DNA of 64,000 bases from Desulfurococcales archaeon (GCA_015523295.1 WAKQ01000002.1:3424-67423), one strand, 5' to 3'; positions 1 to 10,239 are shown, numbered from the stretch's first letter. A program made the numbers and translations. The notes: generated by a model not told the origin, from the letters alone.

Positions 1-4
1 AAAT

Positions 5-274
5 ATGTTTAAGCGATTTAAGGATGAACTTGAAAAAAGATTTGATTTTATATGCTCGCCCGAGGATCACGAATACATCTGTGGGGGAAATGAAGTATTA
101 GTTAAGGTACTCCCGCTGAAAGAGGATGTTGCCGCCACATCAATGGGTAAAAGGTTATACGAGGTTGCAATTATTAGAATAGAGGCCTCGCACCCCGAGG
201 CATTAGTAAAGATTAACGCCTTGCTATATAACCTCTTGAAAGAGGAGGGGATTAAATACAGGAGAGGGAATTGA
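5..274 (+). CDS. hypothetical protein (possibly 5'-truncated by window edge)
   Basis: 89-aa ORF with protein-like composition; no recognisable motif. Confidence 0.5.
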   Translation: MFKRFKDELEKRFDFICSPEDHEYICGGNEVLVKVLPLKEDVAATSMGKRLYEVAIIRIEASHPEALVKINALLYNLLKEEGIKYRRGN

Positions 275-284
275 ATTTAAGTGT

Positions 285-340
285 AAGTCAGATTGGGAGT
301 AGACATCATCAATCAGCTCCTGCCTGGAGACATCATTCCA
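285..340 (-). ncRNA. C/D box sRNA
   Basis: Minus strand reads ATGATGT-ctccaggcaggag-CTGA-ttg-ATGATGT-ctactcccaat-CTGA: C/D'/C'/D layout with 11-13 nt guides in intergenic DNA; both C boxes are the ATGATGT variant. Confidence 0.7.
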
Positions 341-403
341 CTACTCATGATATTACCGGCTCTATTAATTATTAACATAACACACCTCTTAGACTATAAC
401 GTC

Positions 404-1117
404 TTAAAGGCCTGCCCCAAGACAAAATACAATAGCCCAAACAATAATAGATGAGAGCGCAGGTATGAAAAATATCGCGTCTGCAACCCCCATACCCCCA
501 ACAATAATGTACTTTGACTTAAAAGCGGTGACTTTCTTAAGGTTGAGGATGTCAATCCCTACTAAGGAAGCTATTGCTGATGCTGAGAATGTGATGAGTG
601 AAGCAACCTGAGGATCTTTCAAATGAAAGGTCATAGCTAAAGAGGCAAACACCGTCAACAGAAGGACTGTAGCTAGAGGAACACCTAGACCTCTTCCTCT
701 AATCGCCTGCGTAACGCGATTGTAAGCTATTATCAGAAACAAAAGCAGTATACTATAACTGGTTAGAGGGTATCCGTAATTGATGAGAGCATTATAGGCT
801 GCGAGGATGCCCAGCACAGGCGGAATGATACCTCCTGAAACATTTATAAGGAGTTCACTTGTAGACCTAATGTTAAATCCTACCTGCTGAATGAGACGTT
901 GATTGTCGACCTCAATCAGGAAAGGCTTAATTATGTTCTCACTGAACTCCTTTCTCATCAGACCAATGTTTACATCTGAAAAATGATAAAGAAACAACGT
1001 GAGAGCACTTCCGACTATAGGAGCTGTATTAACGTCCAATCCTAGCCACTCAGAAAAGTATGTCATAAACAAGTACGCTATAGCAAATACAGCAATCTCA
1101 TTATACCTCAAGATCAT
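404..1117 (-). CDS. DUF1614-family membrane protein
   Basis: Multiple TM segments; C-terminal LVGIDILNL...IVGGMGVADAIF resembles the DUF1614 motif. Confidence 0.7.
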   Translation of the reverse strand: MILRYNEIAVFAIAYLFMTYFSEWLGLDVNTAPIVGSALTLFLYHFSDVNIGLMRKEFSENIIKPFLIEVDNQRLIQQVGFNIRSTSELLINVSGGIIPPVLGILAAYNALINYGYPLTSYSILLLFLIIAYNRVTQAIRGRGLGVPLATVLLLTVFASLAMTFHLKDPQVASLITFSASAIASLVGIDILNLKKVTAFKSKYIIVGGMGVADAIFFIPALSSIIVWAIVFCLGAGL

Positions 1118-1302
1118 CCCCTGAATTCTTCTAAAATCTTGATGTGATTTTAAGGATGGAGCCTTTTTACGTGGATAGGCGTAAGGTGCATGGTATTTAG
1201 GTTACTCCTCTAAACTATGGGAACCTACCCAGGCAACCACGTTACTAGGATACCAACAAGGATAATACAGCAACTGCCGACTTATTCTAGGTGGTATAGA
1301 AG

Positions 1303-2154
1303 TTGCTTAAGTTGCTTAAGACGCTAATAGAGTCTGTGGATTTAACCATATATTCCTATGTAAAACCCGCTGCTGTACATAGATACTCAACCCACTATAA
1401 AGACCTTCACCAGTATGTTCGTGTAGTGACATCAGCAATAGAAGTATATGGAAAAGCCTGGGAGATAGGGACTTTAATAGCTAAAGGAAAGCTCGGCTTT
1501 AAAGACTCCGAAGTAGGTTCCTTAATTAAGGATGCGGTTAAAGCTAGCGCAAGATTCGTTGAGCTCACAGCGCTACCTGAGTACCACCTCATCCTTCTAC
1601 CCTCCATGATAGCAGCTTCCTACGCCATTGAGTCCTCTGGCTACCTAGACCTCAATCTTTACCAGAAGGGCATCAAATCACTTTATCTTTATACAAATAC
1701 TGATAACACCATTGCAGTCTATGAGGTTATAAGAAGATCTAACTCCCTTTTGGGAAAGATATTAGGGCACGCCTCTGTAACTCCAGGCAAAATAAAGACA
1801 GAAGGATGGAGCCTACGGGATCTATTAGATGAGATTGGCAAAGCCAATGTACTCGCTAAAACAGCGGTAGGCATGGGTCCATCAGCAAGTGAGCTTTCCG
1901 GGCTGTTTGTGAAGAAGTACCTTGATACAGGTGATTTTAATAAAGCCACCATTAAAACATACTCTCCTCTCTTTCAGACTGTCACAAGAATTAATGAAAA
2001 CCTAGAAGTTAACAGTAAGGACGATCTGATACGACTGCTCAAGCTTGATAACGAATTAGTGAAAAAGAGGATATCACTCAACCTCCTGCTTCCCTTACTA
2101 AACGAAAGCGTTTTCCTTGGGCTATTAAGACTTGAGTTCCCACGTGAGAGCTAG
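1303..2154 (+). CDS. CitG-like (triphosphoribosyl-dephospho-CoA synthase family) protein
   Basis: N-terminal YVKPAAVHRY resembles the CitG KPGxVxR motif; helical body. Confidence 0.55.
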   Translation: MLKLLKTLIESVDLTIYSYVKPAAVHRYSTHYKDLHQYVRVVTSAIEVYGKAWEIGTLIAKGKLGFKDSEVGSLIKDAVKASARFVELTALPEYHLILLPSMIAASYAIESSGYLDLNLYQKGIKSLYLYTNTDNTIAVYEVIRRSNSLLGKILGHASVTPGKIKTEGWSLRDLLDEIGKANVLAKTAVGMGPSASELSGLFVKKYLDTGDFNKATIKTYSPLFQTVTRINENLEVNSKDDLIRLLKLDNELVKKRISLNLLLPLLNESVFLGLLRLEFPRES

Positions 2155-2155
2155 C

Positions 2156-2890
2156 CTAAATTCCTGAAGACTTAATAACTTCTACTCTCCTCCTTAATTC
2201 CTCCACATCTTTACCCCTGAGAAATAATGGCAAAAAAGCCATACCTGAAATAAAGCCTCCTATATGAGCCCAGAAACCTATACCTGCAGTCGGAGCTATA
2301 ATACCAAAAATCAGCTGGAAGACGAACCATAACCCTATGTAGAATTTTACCGACATGAGAAGCGGTATAAAGTAAAAAATTGATAAAACCCTTGCATGAG
2401 GGAAGAGGATAAGGTAAGCACCTAAAATACCGCTGATGGCTCCTGAAGCTCCCACTGCAGGAACTAGCCATGGATTAACATATGATGAATATGTAATCAT
2501 TACATCGGGTAGGACTGCTACGCACAACAAATTAAATACGTCAGCACCCATCCCTGAGAGCATGTAGAAAATGAAATACCTCCAATGGCCTATTACTGTC
2601 TCTACATCCCTACCGAAGATATATAGGAAGAACATGTTGCCGAGAAGGTGTAGAAGATTAGCATGCGTAAACATGGCAGTTAAAACCCTATGAAAAGATT
2701 GAGGATCTAGAATGTCAGCAGGGTAGACCCCAAAAGTCGCCATAACGTCACTCCAGGAAATTCCAAGCATAGCCGAGTATATCCTCAATGCTAAGAAAAC
2801 CAGCACATTAATGATTATCAATCCATACGTAATAAATGGCTTGCCCTTGTAAACCCCTGCTATTTCATCTATATCAACTGGTAACCCCAC
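2156..2890 (-). CDS. rhomboid intramembrane serine protease
   Basis: HANLLHLLGNM, GASGAISG and AHIGGF motifs. Confidence 0.95.
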   Translation of the reverse strand: MGLPVDIDEIAGVYKGKPFITYGLIIINVLVFLALRIYSAMLGISWSDVMATFGVYPADILDPQSFHRVLTAMFTHANLLHLLGNMFFLYIFGRDVETVIGHWRYFIFYMLSGMGADVFNLLCVAVLPDVMITYSSYVNPWLVPAVGASGAISGILGAYLILFPHARVLSIFYFIPLLMSVKFYIGLWFVFQLIFGIIAPTAGIGFWAHIGGFISGMAFLPLFLRGKDVEELRRRVEVIKSSGI

Positions 2891-3626
2891 TGCTCCTCCC
2901 TGCTACAGGCTCAAACTTCTTTTTCGGCCTAACTTCGATGGTTGCTATTTCCCTCCTCGCAGGTAATGATACATTGTAAACTCTCACCGAATCTATGGAA
3001 GCCTCTGTAACCCTAGCATTGTGCGCATGAGCATGTATAACTATATCAGGCTTAACCTCCTTAATAACCCTCTCCATCTCTCTTGAACCCATGTAAGGGT
3101 AAAGTTTTCTGGGCTCGCCTTTTACCGTCAAATATGTAGTGGCATAATGAGATACTAGAACTACCAAATCAGAATATTTTCGGACCTCCATTATCAACTT
3201 TTCTATGACCTTTGGTCTTTCCCTGTAAATGAATTCCAGTTCGGGCTTATGTCTTTTCTGCCAATACGTTAGTCTTTCCAAGGCCCCCCGAGTCCCTACA
3301 AATCCGACTCTAAAGCCGTTTAGAGTTAGGATTGCAGGAGAGTCATCAAGCCATAAAATTTCAGGATATCTCTTAATTAAAAGGTTCTCAACCTCGTGAT
3401 ATTCCTCGTTACCAAATACTGATATAATAGGCACGCTTGGATATCTTGACCTGACTTCATTCATTATTAAGTCCAGATCCTCAACCTTTCCCTCATCTAT
3501 CATATCCCCTGCAAAGATACATACATGCGGTTTGAATCCAATTATTGCCTTAAGTGAAGCTGTAAAAATATTAAAGTACCTTCTCCCATGCACATCGCCA
3601 ACAGCGCATATTCTGACAACGCCCAT
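2874..3626 (-). CDS. metallophosphoesterase
   Basis: GDVHG, AGD, GNEE, SH and HAHAH motifs. Confidence 0.9.
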   Translation of the reverse strand: MGVVRICAVGDVHGRRYFNIFTASLKAIIGFKPHVCIFAGDMIDEGKVEDLDLIMNEVRSRYPSVPIISVFGNEEYHEVENLLIKRYPEILWLDDSPAILTLNGFRVGFVGTRGALERLTYWQKRHKPELEFIYRERPKVIEKLIMEVRKYSDLVVLVSHYATTYLTVKGEPRKLYPYMGSREMERVIKEVKPDIVIHAHAHNARVTEASIDSVRVYNVSLPARREIATIEVRPKKKFEPVAGRSSGVTS

Positions 3627-3757
3627 CTCACAGACCTACCCATTTAAACCCTATATGGAGTTAAGACTGTTCATGAGGTGGCCAACCATCTGAGAGAAAG
3701 TCTTTAGAGGGGTGAAACCTTATTAGGGCAACTGATTTTGTTGTGTGGGTGTGAAGT

Positions 3758-3976
3758 ATGACGTACTTAAAAGGAGTGACTGCAGGTGGGCATTTAGGTT
3801 GGGCTACAAAGAGGTGTTCTATCTGCGGACGAAAGTTAGTTGTTGGCAAGGACGTTATATATACCTGTCCTAAATGTAGGGCTAAAGGTAGGGAAGTGTA
3901 TTTCTGTTCTGGAGACTATAAAGTCCTGCATGGAAGATGCCCCTACTGCGGTGCAGAACTTGTCCCTCTCCTCTAA
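3758..3976 (+). CDS. small zinc-ribbon protein
   Basis: CSIC, CPKC, CSGD and CPYC in 72 aa; GGTG RBS 6 nt upstream. Confidence 0.75.
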   Translation: MTYLKGVTAGGHLGWATKRCSICGRKLVVGKDVIYTCPKCRAKGREVYFCSGDYKVLHGRCPYCGAELVPLL

Positions 3977-4003
3977 TACGAGGACAGTTGTCGGTAACCG
4001 GTA

Positions 4004-4354
4004 ATGATAGAGGTCAAGAATTACATTATTTACAACTACCTTAAGTTAGTCTATGTTTGTGATACTCATTCTGGGAGAGGAGATGCTGTAGGCGATCTTC
4101 CTGGATGGCCTTTCTGCTTTAAGGTGAGTTCCGCTCATGGAATCAACGACGGCAAAGTAGTTTGGAGCGATTGGATAAACCTAAATGATGAGGAGATGCC
4201 CTCGGTTAGGTTTTCGGGGGCAGAAGTGTTTGGAAAGCTTTTAGCAGTAAATTTCCAAGCTAGGGGGATCCACTGTGAATTAAAGCCGGAGGAGCTTTTC
4301 AGGAAAATCAAGGCTGTTGTACATGATCTCTGCGGTGAAGGAACTGTACCCTAG
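4004..4354 (+). CDS. hypothetical protein
   Basis: Co-oriented ORF in an apparent operon; no motif recognised. Confidence 0.5.
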   Translation: MIEVKNYIIYNYLKLVYVCDTHSGRGDAVGDLPGWPFCFKVSSAHGINDGKVVWSDWINLNDEEMPSVRFSGAEVFGKLLAVNFQARGIHCELKPEELFRKIKAVVHDLCGEGTVP

Positions 4355-4356
4355 AG

Positions 4357-4824
4357 GTGCGATGCAGGGTGATCAATACACTCCTCAGCAGTTCAGCTAA
4401 CGACCTGGAAAAAATTTTATCTTTACTAAGAGAACAGATGAGCGGGTTCTCCATAAGTTTAATGAAAGATACCTCCATAATTTCTGTAGATAAGGGCGAT
4501 GATCATCTACTGGACGTTAGGATAACTAGCGAATTAACTGAGCTCTATATTAAGGAGCCAGTGATGAATGCCCCTAGATCACTGCTTAAGGACATAGACC
4601 TCGACGTAAGGAGCGTAGCTACATTAGCCATATCCTGTGTGAGGCCATCCAGAAGAATTCATATCTTAATAGAGCTGAACACGCCTAAAGGGAGGGTGCC
4701 TATTAAGGTAACCTTTACCAGTAATAATTTCCTTGTATCTACATACGACAATAATGTCTGGAATAAAATTAAACCTTCAGTCCTTAGATTGGCTGAAAAA
4801 ATTTGGAAGATCTGTTTCCCCTAA
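4357..4824 (+). CDS. hypothetical protein
   Basis: Starts 2 nt after the previous stop; no motif recognised. Confidence 0.55.
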   Translation: MRCRVINTLLSSSANDLEKILSLLREQMSGFSISLMKDTSIISVDKGDDHLLDVRITSELTELYIKEPVMNAPRSLLKDIDLDVRSVATLAISCVRPSRRIHILIELNTPKGRVPIKVTFTSNNFLVSTYDNNVWNKIKPSVLRLAEKIWKICFP

Positions 4825-4843
4825 TTTGAGCCAGTAAAAGAGT

Positions 4844-5263
4844 TTAGGAACCCATAACTTCCACTACGATCCTTCTCGATCTTCTAGGGCCGTCAAGTTC
4901 TAATAACATTATTTCTTGCCATACCCCCCTAACCAACCTGCCGTCAATAAGTGGAAAAATACGAGAAGCTCCTATAATTGATGAAGCTATATGTGCATGC
5001 GCATTATTGTCGATTGTATTATGTCTCCACTCATAATCCGGCGGAACATACTTCTTAATCCATTCAAGGTAATCACTAGCCACATTAGGTTCGTACTCGT
5101 TCACGATCACAGCAGCCGTAGCATGAGGGATAAACACTAGCACATAACCATTACGAATCCCTGATTCCTTAACGGTGTTTTCAACTAACTCTGTAATTTT
5201 AACTACCTCGAATCTCTTGTTTGTCGATACACTATACTCTCTTACATACACCCCACAGCCCAT
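4844..5263 (-). CDS. yjbQ: YjbQ/UPF0047 family protein
   Basis: PHATAAVIVNE, DNNAHAHI and GVWQEIMLLELDGPR motifs. Confidence 0.92.
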   Translation of the reverse strand: MGCGVYVREYSVSTNKRFEVVKITELVENTVKESGIRNGYVLVFIPHATAAVIVNEYEPNVASDYLEWIKKYVPPDYEWRHNTIDNNAHAHIASSIIGASRIFPLIDGRLVRGVWQEIMLLELDGPRRSRRIVVEVMGS

Positions 5264-5351
5264 TTAAAATCACCTTCGTCATCTAGCATAACTTCTTCAT
5301 TATTAAGTGAATGTATTCAATTAGCGAGATTTCTGGAGTATATAGGAGAGG

Positions 5352-5447
5352 TGGTAGCCGGGCGGGGATTCGAACCCCGGTCACGGGGGATCTCCCCGTG
5401 CGGCAAGGGCCAGAGCCCCGCATCCTTGGCCGCTAGACGACCCGGCT
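5352..5447 (-). tRNA. tRNA-Gln(CTG) with 20-nt intron at 37/38, CCA encoded
   Basis: AGCCGGG...CGGGG-CT-CTG-G[cccttgccgcacggggagat]C-CCCCG...TTCGAAT...CCCGGCT-ACCA. Confidence 0.93.
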
Positions 5448-5452
5448 GCTAG

Positions 5453-5542
5453 TGCCGCCGCGGGGGTTTGAACCCCGGACCTCCGGATCTCCCAGGAAGG
5501 GCCGTATGAGTCCGGCGCTCCACCAGGCTGAGCTACGGCGGC
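5453..5542 (-). tRNA. tRNA-Met(CAT), elongator type, 16-nt intron at 37/38, no encoded CCA
   Basis: GCCGCCG...CCGGA-CT-CAT-A[cggcccttcctgggag]A-TCCGG...CGGCGGC-A. Confidence 0.9.
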
Positions 5543-5583
5543 ACCATTAGAGAAATTTTTAGGTTGGTTTTAAGCTTTTGCAG

Positions 5584-5916
5584 TTACGTTATTCTAGCAA
5601 TTCTCTCCCGTAATTCTTCAGAGATCATCACCTTTAAGTCGTAGCGGTGGACACGAATTAGATGAAGGTACATCCCCCTCTTAGTGTAAGGGCCTTTTCT
5701 GCACAGATTACAGTAAAGCAAACCGTTCCTTTCCTTAACAACCTCTGAAGCTACAGCCTTTATAGTATCTAGTGAAAGACCAGCGAGAGTGGGACCTGTC
5801 ACCACTTGAAGTTTCTGCTTATCATACCTTATTCTTGAGGCCTCCCTAGCCACGAATTCTACCAACTTTTCAGAGAGAATATCTATACGTGACAATTTAA
5901 ACCCCATATAAACCAC
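5584..5916 (-). CDS. C2H2 zinc-finger protein
   Basis: YCNLCRKGPYTKRGMYLHLIRVH. Confidence 0.8.
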   Translation of the reverse strand: MVYMGFKLSRIDILSEKLVEFVAREASRIRYDKQKLQVVTGPTLAGLSLDTIKAVASEVVKERNGLLYCNLCRKGPYTKRGMYLHLIRVHRYDLKVMISEELRERIARIT

Positions 5917-6421
5917 CTACTCCTACGACAAGGGCAGTTGCAACTGTTTGAATAACTTCCTCAGGATCTCCTCGACCTAGAATTTCACATACCGTGGGAA
6001 CTTCTTCCATCCCTTTATTAAACACCATTGCTAAGTCTCTAAGTATTTCTTCGGATAAAACCGCCTTATACTCATTGGGTAGGACACATAAGCCCATCTT
6101 AAGCTCTACTGTTTTCCTCAGCAAAGACTCCAGTAGATGATCGTCTATATCCACAGTCCAGAAGGTGCCTAATTCCTCTTTAAGCCTTGTAGCTAATCCA
6201 TCAACATACCTCCCCGTGCTTAGCTTCAAGGCTATTTCACCAGCTAAACTTTTAGCAACTTTAGCTAGCTCCTGAGAAAGCTGACTCATACCTAGTTCTC
6301 TAAGTATTTGAGCTGCTGAGAGCGAGATAACGAAATCTTTACAGATAGCACTAATTATTCTATCTTCACCCTCCTCTAATTTTCTTTCCATAACGCCCTC
6401 AACAATATACTGAAGAACCAT
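5897..6421 (-). CDS. hypothetical protein
   Basis: Helical ORF overlapping the zinc-finger gene start. Confidence 0.65.
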   Translation of the reverse strand: MVLQYIVEGVMERKLEEGEDRIISAICKDFVISLSAAQILRELGMSQLSQELAKVAKSLAGEIALKLSTGRYVDGLATRLKEELGTFWTVDIDDHLLESLLRKTVELKMGLCVLPNEYKAVLSEEILRDLAMVFNKGMEEVPTVCEILGRGDPEEVIQTVATALVVGVGGLYGV

Positions 6422-6692
6422 GATGTTGACTACACCCCCTCCCTAACCTACATATGTGACTGCAGGAGTATAAAACTCAGGCACCCTATAGTATCTTCGA
6501 ATAGGGAGTCAACATGTATTGAGTGAATTCTAAGAGTTCATAAAACCCCTACGACGTATTAAATGCCTTAGCATTTAAGAACCGAAATCGAACGAAGGGC
6601 CTAGAACGCAACTACCGTGAATTCAATTCATGAATCATTCCCTACGATAAACCTGCTTGAAACATGGGAGGCTTGTTCATGGAGAATAGCAT

Positions 6693-6822
6693 GGTGGCGG
6701 GACCCCAACTTAGGTGGGGCTGCGAGGCCTCGCGGACCCCACTGCCCCACCTAACGCGGCCAGCTTAACTTCCGGGATCTGACGAGTCCGGGTGTTTCCT
6801 GGCCGCTATGGTCGGGGCCACC
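6693..6822 (-). rRNA. rrf: 5S rRNA (stand-alone)
   Basis: ...CCATAGCGGCCAGGAAACACCCGGACTCGTCAGATCCCGGAAGTTAAGCTGGCCGCG... with complementary ends; boundaries approximate. Confidence 0.93.
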
Positions 6823-6870
6823 AGATTAGTAAGGATATCAAGGGTTTTTAGGTTTTTTGGATGTCTCAAT

Positions 6871-7191
6871 CTACTTAGAAGCTATGATCTTTTCAGAGGC
6901 ACTACCGGAGTTGTCTTCCTCCTTAACATATATTGCGGTAATGATCATTTCACCATCGCATTTAGGGCAGGTCCCCTCCTTCTTGCCTACGTAATCCCCT
7001 TCCTTGAACTCCCTCTCCACGCTGTACTCGCATGCGGTGCACTTAAGGAGGGTGTAGGTCTTCTTAACTTTCTGTTGCTTCTTCCTGCCTCCAAGAGAGA
7101 GGGCTATAAAGTATGCCAGCACAAATAGTGTTAGAGCAATTGTAACCAACGTAAAGGGATCAAGACTTATTCCATCCAATGTATGCGACAC
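6871..7191 (-). CDS. membrane-anchored zinc-ribbon protein
   Basis: N-terminal TM; CTAC...REFKEGDYV...CPKC. Confidence 0.8.
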   Translation of the reverse strand: MSHTLDGISLDPFTLVTIALTLFVLAYFIALSLGGRKKQQKVKKTYTLLKCTACEYSVEREFKEGDYVGKKEGTCPKCDGEMIITAIYVKEEDNSGSASEKIIASK

Positions 7192-7192
7192 C

Positions 7193-8329
7193 TCAAGCTA
7201 TTCCTACAGTATTCCCGATGCCGGCCACGATAACAGCTTCGCTTTCCTTAACGGTATTCTCGATTATATCCTTAACCACGTTCAATGCCTTTATAACACC
7301 TTCATAGATTTGCTTAGTCATCGCATTGATTGCCTCCTCATTAGACATCTTCACAACCACCGCCTCCAACGGTATTGAATACTTGGTTGCGATCCTCTCA
7401 ATAGCTATTTTTTCAGGTCCTGGATCGCCTATGGCTGCTCCTATGCCGTGAGCTACTTCACCAGTTTCTTCACTCTCCAGCTTGAGAGCTGCATCAACAG
7501 TAATAATTTTCGAGACCCTGCCTCCAAGCTTTTCCACTAGTTTCTCAACTGCCTCACCCGGATAACCTACGGTTGAGCCCGGACCTTTTGCCTTAATAAT
7601 ATATACCTTCCTCCCATCTATCTGGATGTTATAAACGACTGTCTCCTTAACCAGTTCTTCAGGTTGGGAATTACCTGCAAGATAGTGTGCGACAAGTGGG
7701 CCTGCCCCATCTCCTATAGGGATCCCCCTCATAAAAGCGTCAATGGCATCATCATATGACTTTGCAAGGCCAACTATTTGCTGAAGCTCAAGTGCTAGTT
7801 GCATCATAAGAATCCAGTTATTATATTTAAGACCTAACTTGTAGTAATGCTTCACTATCTTGTTAATTAGTGTTAAAGCAGATGAGATCTCGAGTATCAC
7901 CTCCGTATTTTCCCATATTACCTCGCCAGCTCCCGGTAAGTTCTCCATAACGTAGGCCCTGACCTTGCTATCTCTAGACCTTAGCAAATGCCTCAACCTT
8001 TTTATAATGTCGGTAGGTTCCACATCTACTGGGCTAATAAGAAAGAAGTTATTAGTGAAACCCTCTAAGACCTTCTTAGGTTCCTTCACACCAAGACTCA
8101 TCAAATACTTCACGGCCTTTCTCTTGCTATCTTCTTCTAGCTCAGTCAGCTGCACTATCTTCTTCCTTATAAAGGATGAGTATCTCCATAATTGCATCCT
8201 TTGAGGAAGATCAGTAAAGCTTAGTAGATAAGATCCAAGGATAAGTATAACGAACAGCGTCGTAGTCCAATCACTGCCATTGCTCATCACGTGACCTACC
8301 TCCTGACTAAAGTGACGGATTCCTAACAA
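7193..8329 (-). CDS. DUF1512 family protein
   Basis: PIGDGAGPL, VDAALKLE, GAAIGDPGPEK and GIGNTVGI motifs; true start probably the downstream MSNGS. Confidence 0.85.
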   Translation of the reverse strand: MLGIRHFSQEVGHVMSNGSDWTTTLFVILILGSYLLSFTDLPQRMQLWRYSSFIRKKIVQLTELEEDSKRKAVKYLMSLGVKEPKKVLEGFTNNFFLISPVDVEPTDIIKRLRHLLRSRDSKVRAYVMENLPGAGEVIWENTEVILEISSALTLINKIVKHYYKLGLKYNNWILMMQLALELQQIVGLAKSYDDAIDAFMRGIPIGDGAGPLVAHYLAGNSQPEELVKETVVYNIQIDGRKVYIIKAKGPGSTVGYPGEAVEKLVEKLGGRVSKIITVDAALKLESEETGEVAHGIGAAIGDPGPEKIAIERIATKYSIPLEAVVVKMSNEEAINAMTKQIYEGVIKALNVVKDIIENTVKESEAVIVAGIGNTVGIA

Positions 8330-8340
8330 TTTAGGAGGGA

Positions 8341-9294
8341 TTAAGCCTTTTTAATGGTTTCATTTAACACCGGGTTAGTGGTTATGAGAGGGCCCTCTTC
8401 GGTCACTATAAATGTCTCTTCGAACTGCACTACGTGTCCACCACCCGCCTCCACCAGAACAGGATATTTGTAGATATATCCCATAGAAGATAGCTTCCTC
8501 AACATAGATCTGACTTCCTCAAGGCCATATTTCTTCACCAGCTCCTTCAACCATCTCTCACAGAAAGGAAGCGTTTTAAAGTTCGACTGCACATACTTAA
8601 GAAGTTCGAACTCGTCGTCAGTAATTCCACCCTCACCTTCCTTTGGCATTTTCCTAAGGGAGTAAATCTGAACTGAAGAATGTACTTCTTTTACCCATCC
8701 TTTACCATCAGTTCCGAACGGCTCCATTGCATATGCTCTACCTTTTCTAAACTTACCTAGAGAGAACGGATCCCTGTAATTGGGTATTGACTCCCCAGCA
8801 TGAATGATGAATCTGTCTAGGCTGTGACCGGTTAAGTTTTTAATAACCTTATAACCGGCCTTCCTAATGGTCTTCTCCACAACCCTCCCCGCATCGCTGA
8901 ATTTCACACCGGGTTTAACCTTACTCAACCCTTTCTCCAAAGCTTTTTTAACAGCCTCGCCAAGCTTCTCATACCTCTCATCAAAAATTATGGTTAGCGC
9001 AGTATCAGCTATGTAGCCATTGACGTGAACTCCAAGATCTACCTTAATAACAGAGTTCTCATGCAAAACCTCACTATCATCCAAGAGCGGGGTTCTATGC
9101 GCGGCTACCTGATTTATGGATAAATTCACGGGAAAGGCCAAACCTCCACCCCACTCGATAATATATGCCTCTATTTCATCTGCGATGGATAAGAGAGTTT
9201 TACCGGGCTGAACTATCTTAAGAGCGTATTGCTTAGCTTTATACGCTATCTCCCCGGCCGCAATATAGTTCCTTATTACCTCCTCCTCGACCAT
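8341..9294 (-). CDS. map: methionine aminopeptidase type II
   Basis: AFPVNLS, AAHRTP, DLGVHVNGYIADTA, NLTGH and FEET motifs. Confidence 0.97.
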   Translation of the reverse strand: MVEEEVIRNYIAAGEIAYKAKQYALKIVQPGKTLLSIADEIEAYIIEWGGGLAFPVNLSINQVAAHRTPLLDDSEVLHENSVIKVDLGVHVNGYIADTALTIIFDERYEKLGEAVKKALEKGLSKVKPGVKFSDAGRVVEKTIRKAGYKVIKNLTGHSLDRFIIHAGESIPNYRDPFSLGKFRKGRAYAMEPFGTDGKGWVKEVHSSVQIYSLRKMPKEGEGGITDDEFELLKYVQSNFKTLPFCERWLKELVKKYGLEEVRSMLRKLSSMGYIYKYPVLVEAGGGHVVQFEETFIVTEEGPLITTNPVLNETIKKA

Positions 9295-9378
9295 TTCATT
9301 TCACTACTAGTTATGAGGATATAATATAGAAATTTAAAGGATGACTTGCCGGTAATGCCTTTATTGCTTTAATAATAA

Positions 9379-10083
9379 TTGATAGGTTGGGAGACAACAA
9401 TGATAAGGGTTAAGTGGTTTGGGCATTCTGCCTTTGAGGTTGAAATTCAAAATAAGAAATTCTTGGTGGATCCTTGGCTGAGGAATCCTAAGTCTCCCCT
9501 GACAACTCTGGATGGATTAAACCCCGACTACATACTTGTTACCCATGGACATGGAGACCACTTAGGAGATACCCTAGAGCTTTTAGAGAAATATCCCAGG
9601 GCTAAGGCTGTAGCCATTTTCGAGTTAGCTAATTACATTGCCAAAGAGATAGGCGACACCTCAAGAGTGATAGATGCAAACATTGGAGGACCTATAGACT
9701 TGGGTGAGGGGTTCTACGCGGTTCTCACAACCGCGACACACTCCTCGCCATACGGTAATCCAACAGGAGTTGTCTTCGGTAAGGATGACGATATCGTCTA
9801 TCACGCAGGAGATACTGGCCTTACTTACGATATGAAGTTAATTGGCGAGCTATATAAGCCGAAAATAGCCCTCCTTCCTATAGGAGGACATTATACTATG
9901 GGACCCAGAGAGGCCGCCAAAGCAGCATCTCTAATAGGGCCTAAATATGTTATACCGATGCACTATGGCACTTTCCCAGTGATTAAGGGCTCTCCAGAAG
10001 AATTCAAGAATGCCTTGAGGGAGTACGCGCCAGAAGTCAAAGTGGTATTGTTAACGCCTGGAGAAGAGGTCACTCTAGAATAA
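9379..10083 (+). CDS. MBL-fold metallo-hydrolase (UPF0173)
   Basis: THGHGDH, YHAGDT and PMHYGTFP motifs. Confidence 0.93.
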   Translation: MIGWETTMIRVKWFGHSAFEVEIQNKKFLVDPWLRNPKSPLTTLDGLNPDYILVTHGHGDHLGDTLELLEKYPRAKAVAIFELANYIAKEIGDTSRVIDANIGGPIDLGEGFYAVLTTATHSSPYGNPTGVVFGKDDDIVYHAGDTGLTYDMKLIGELYKPKIALLPIGGHYTMGPREAAKAASLIGPKYVIPMHYGTFPVIKGSPEEFKNALREYAPEVKVVLLTPGEEVTLE

Positions 10084-10239
10084 ACACATAGTTTTTTACT
10101 TGAACCATCTCCTAAGACTGCTTAAAAACTCCTAAACTACGGAATGTGATTATTTGTAGCCTTATTAAAGGGAAAGCTTAGCTAAGGTAATAGCTTCTAA
10201 GATCTTTAAGGTAATAATGAATTCCGTTCACTCAAGTAT

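Noticed and set aside
3670-3695. Possible C/D sRNA (ATGAGG...CTGA)
   Set aside because: Only one box pair; no convincing second C/D set
6808-7128. 106-aa plus-strand ORF
   Set aside because: Antisense to the zinc-ribbon membrane gene and overlaps the 5S rRNA; shadow ORF
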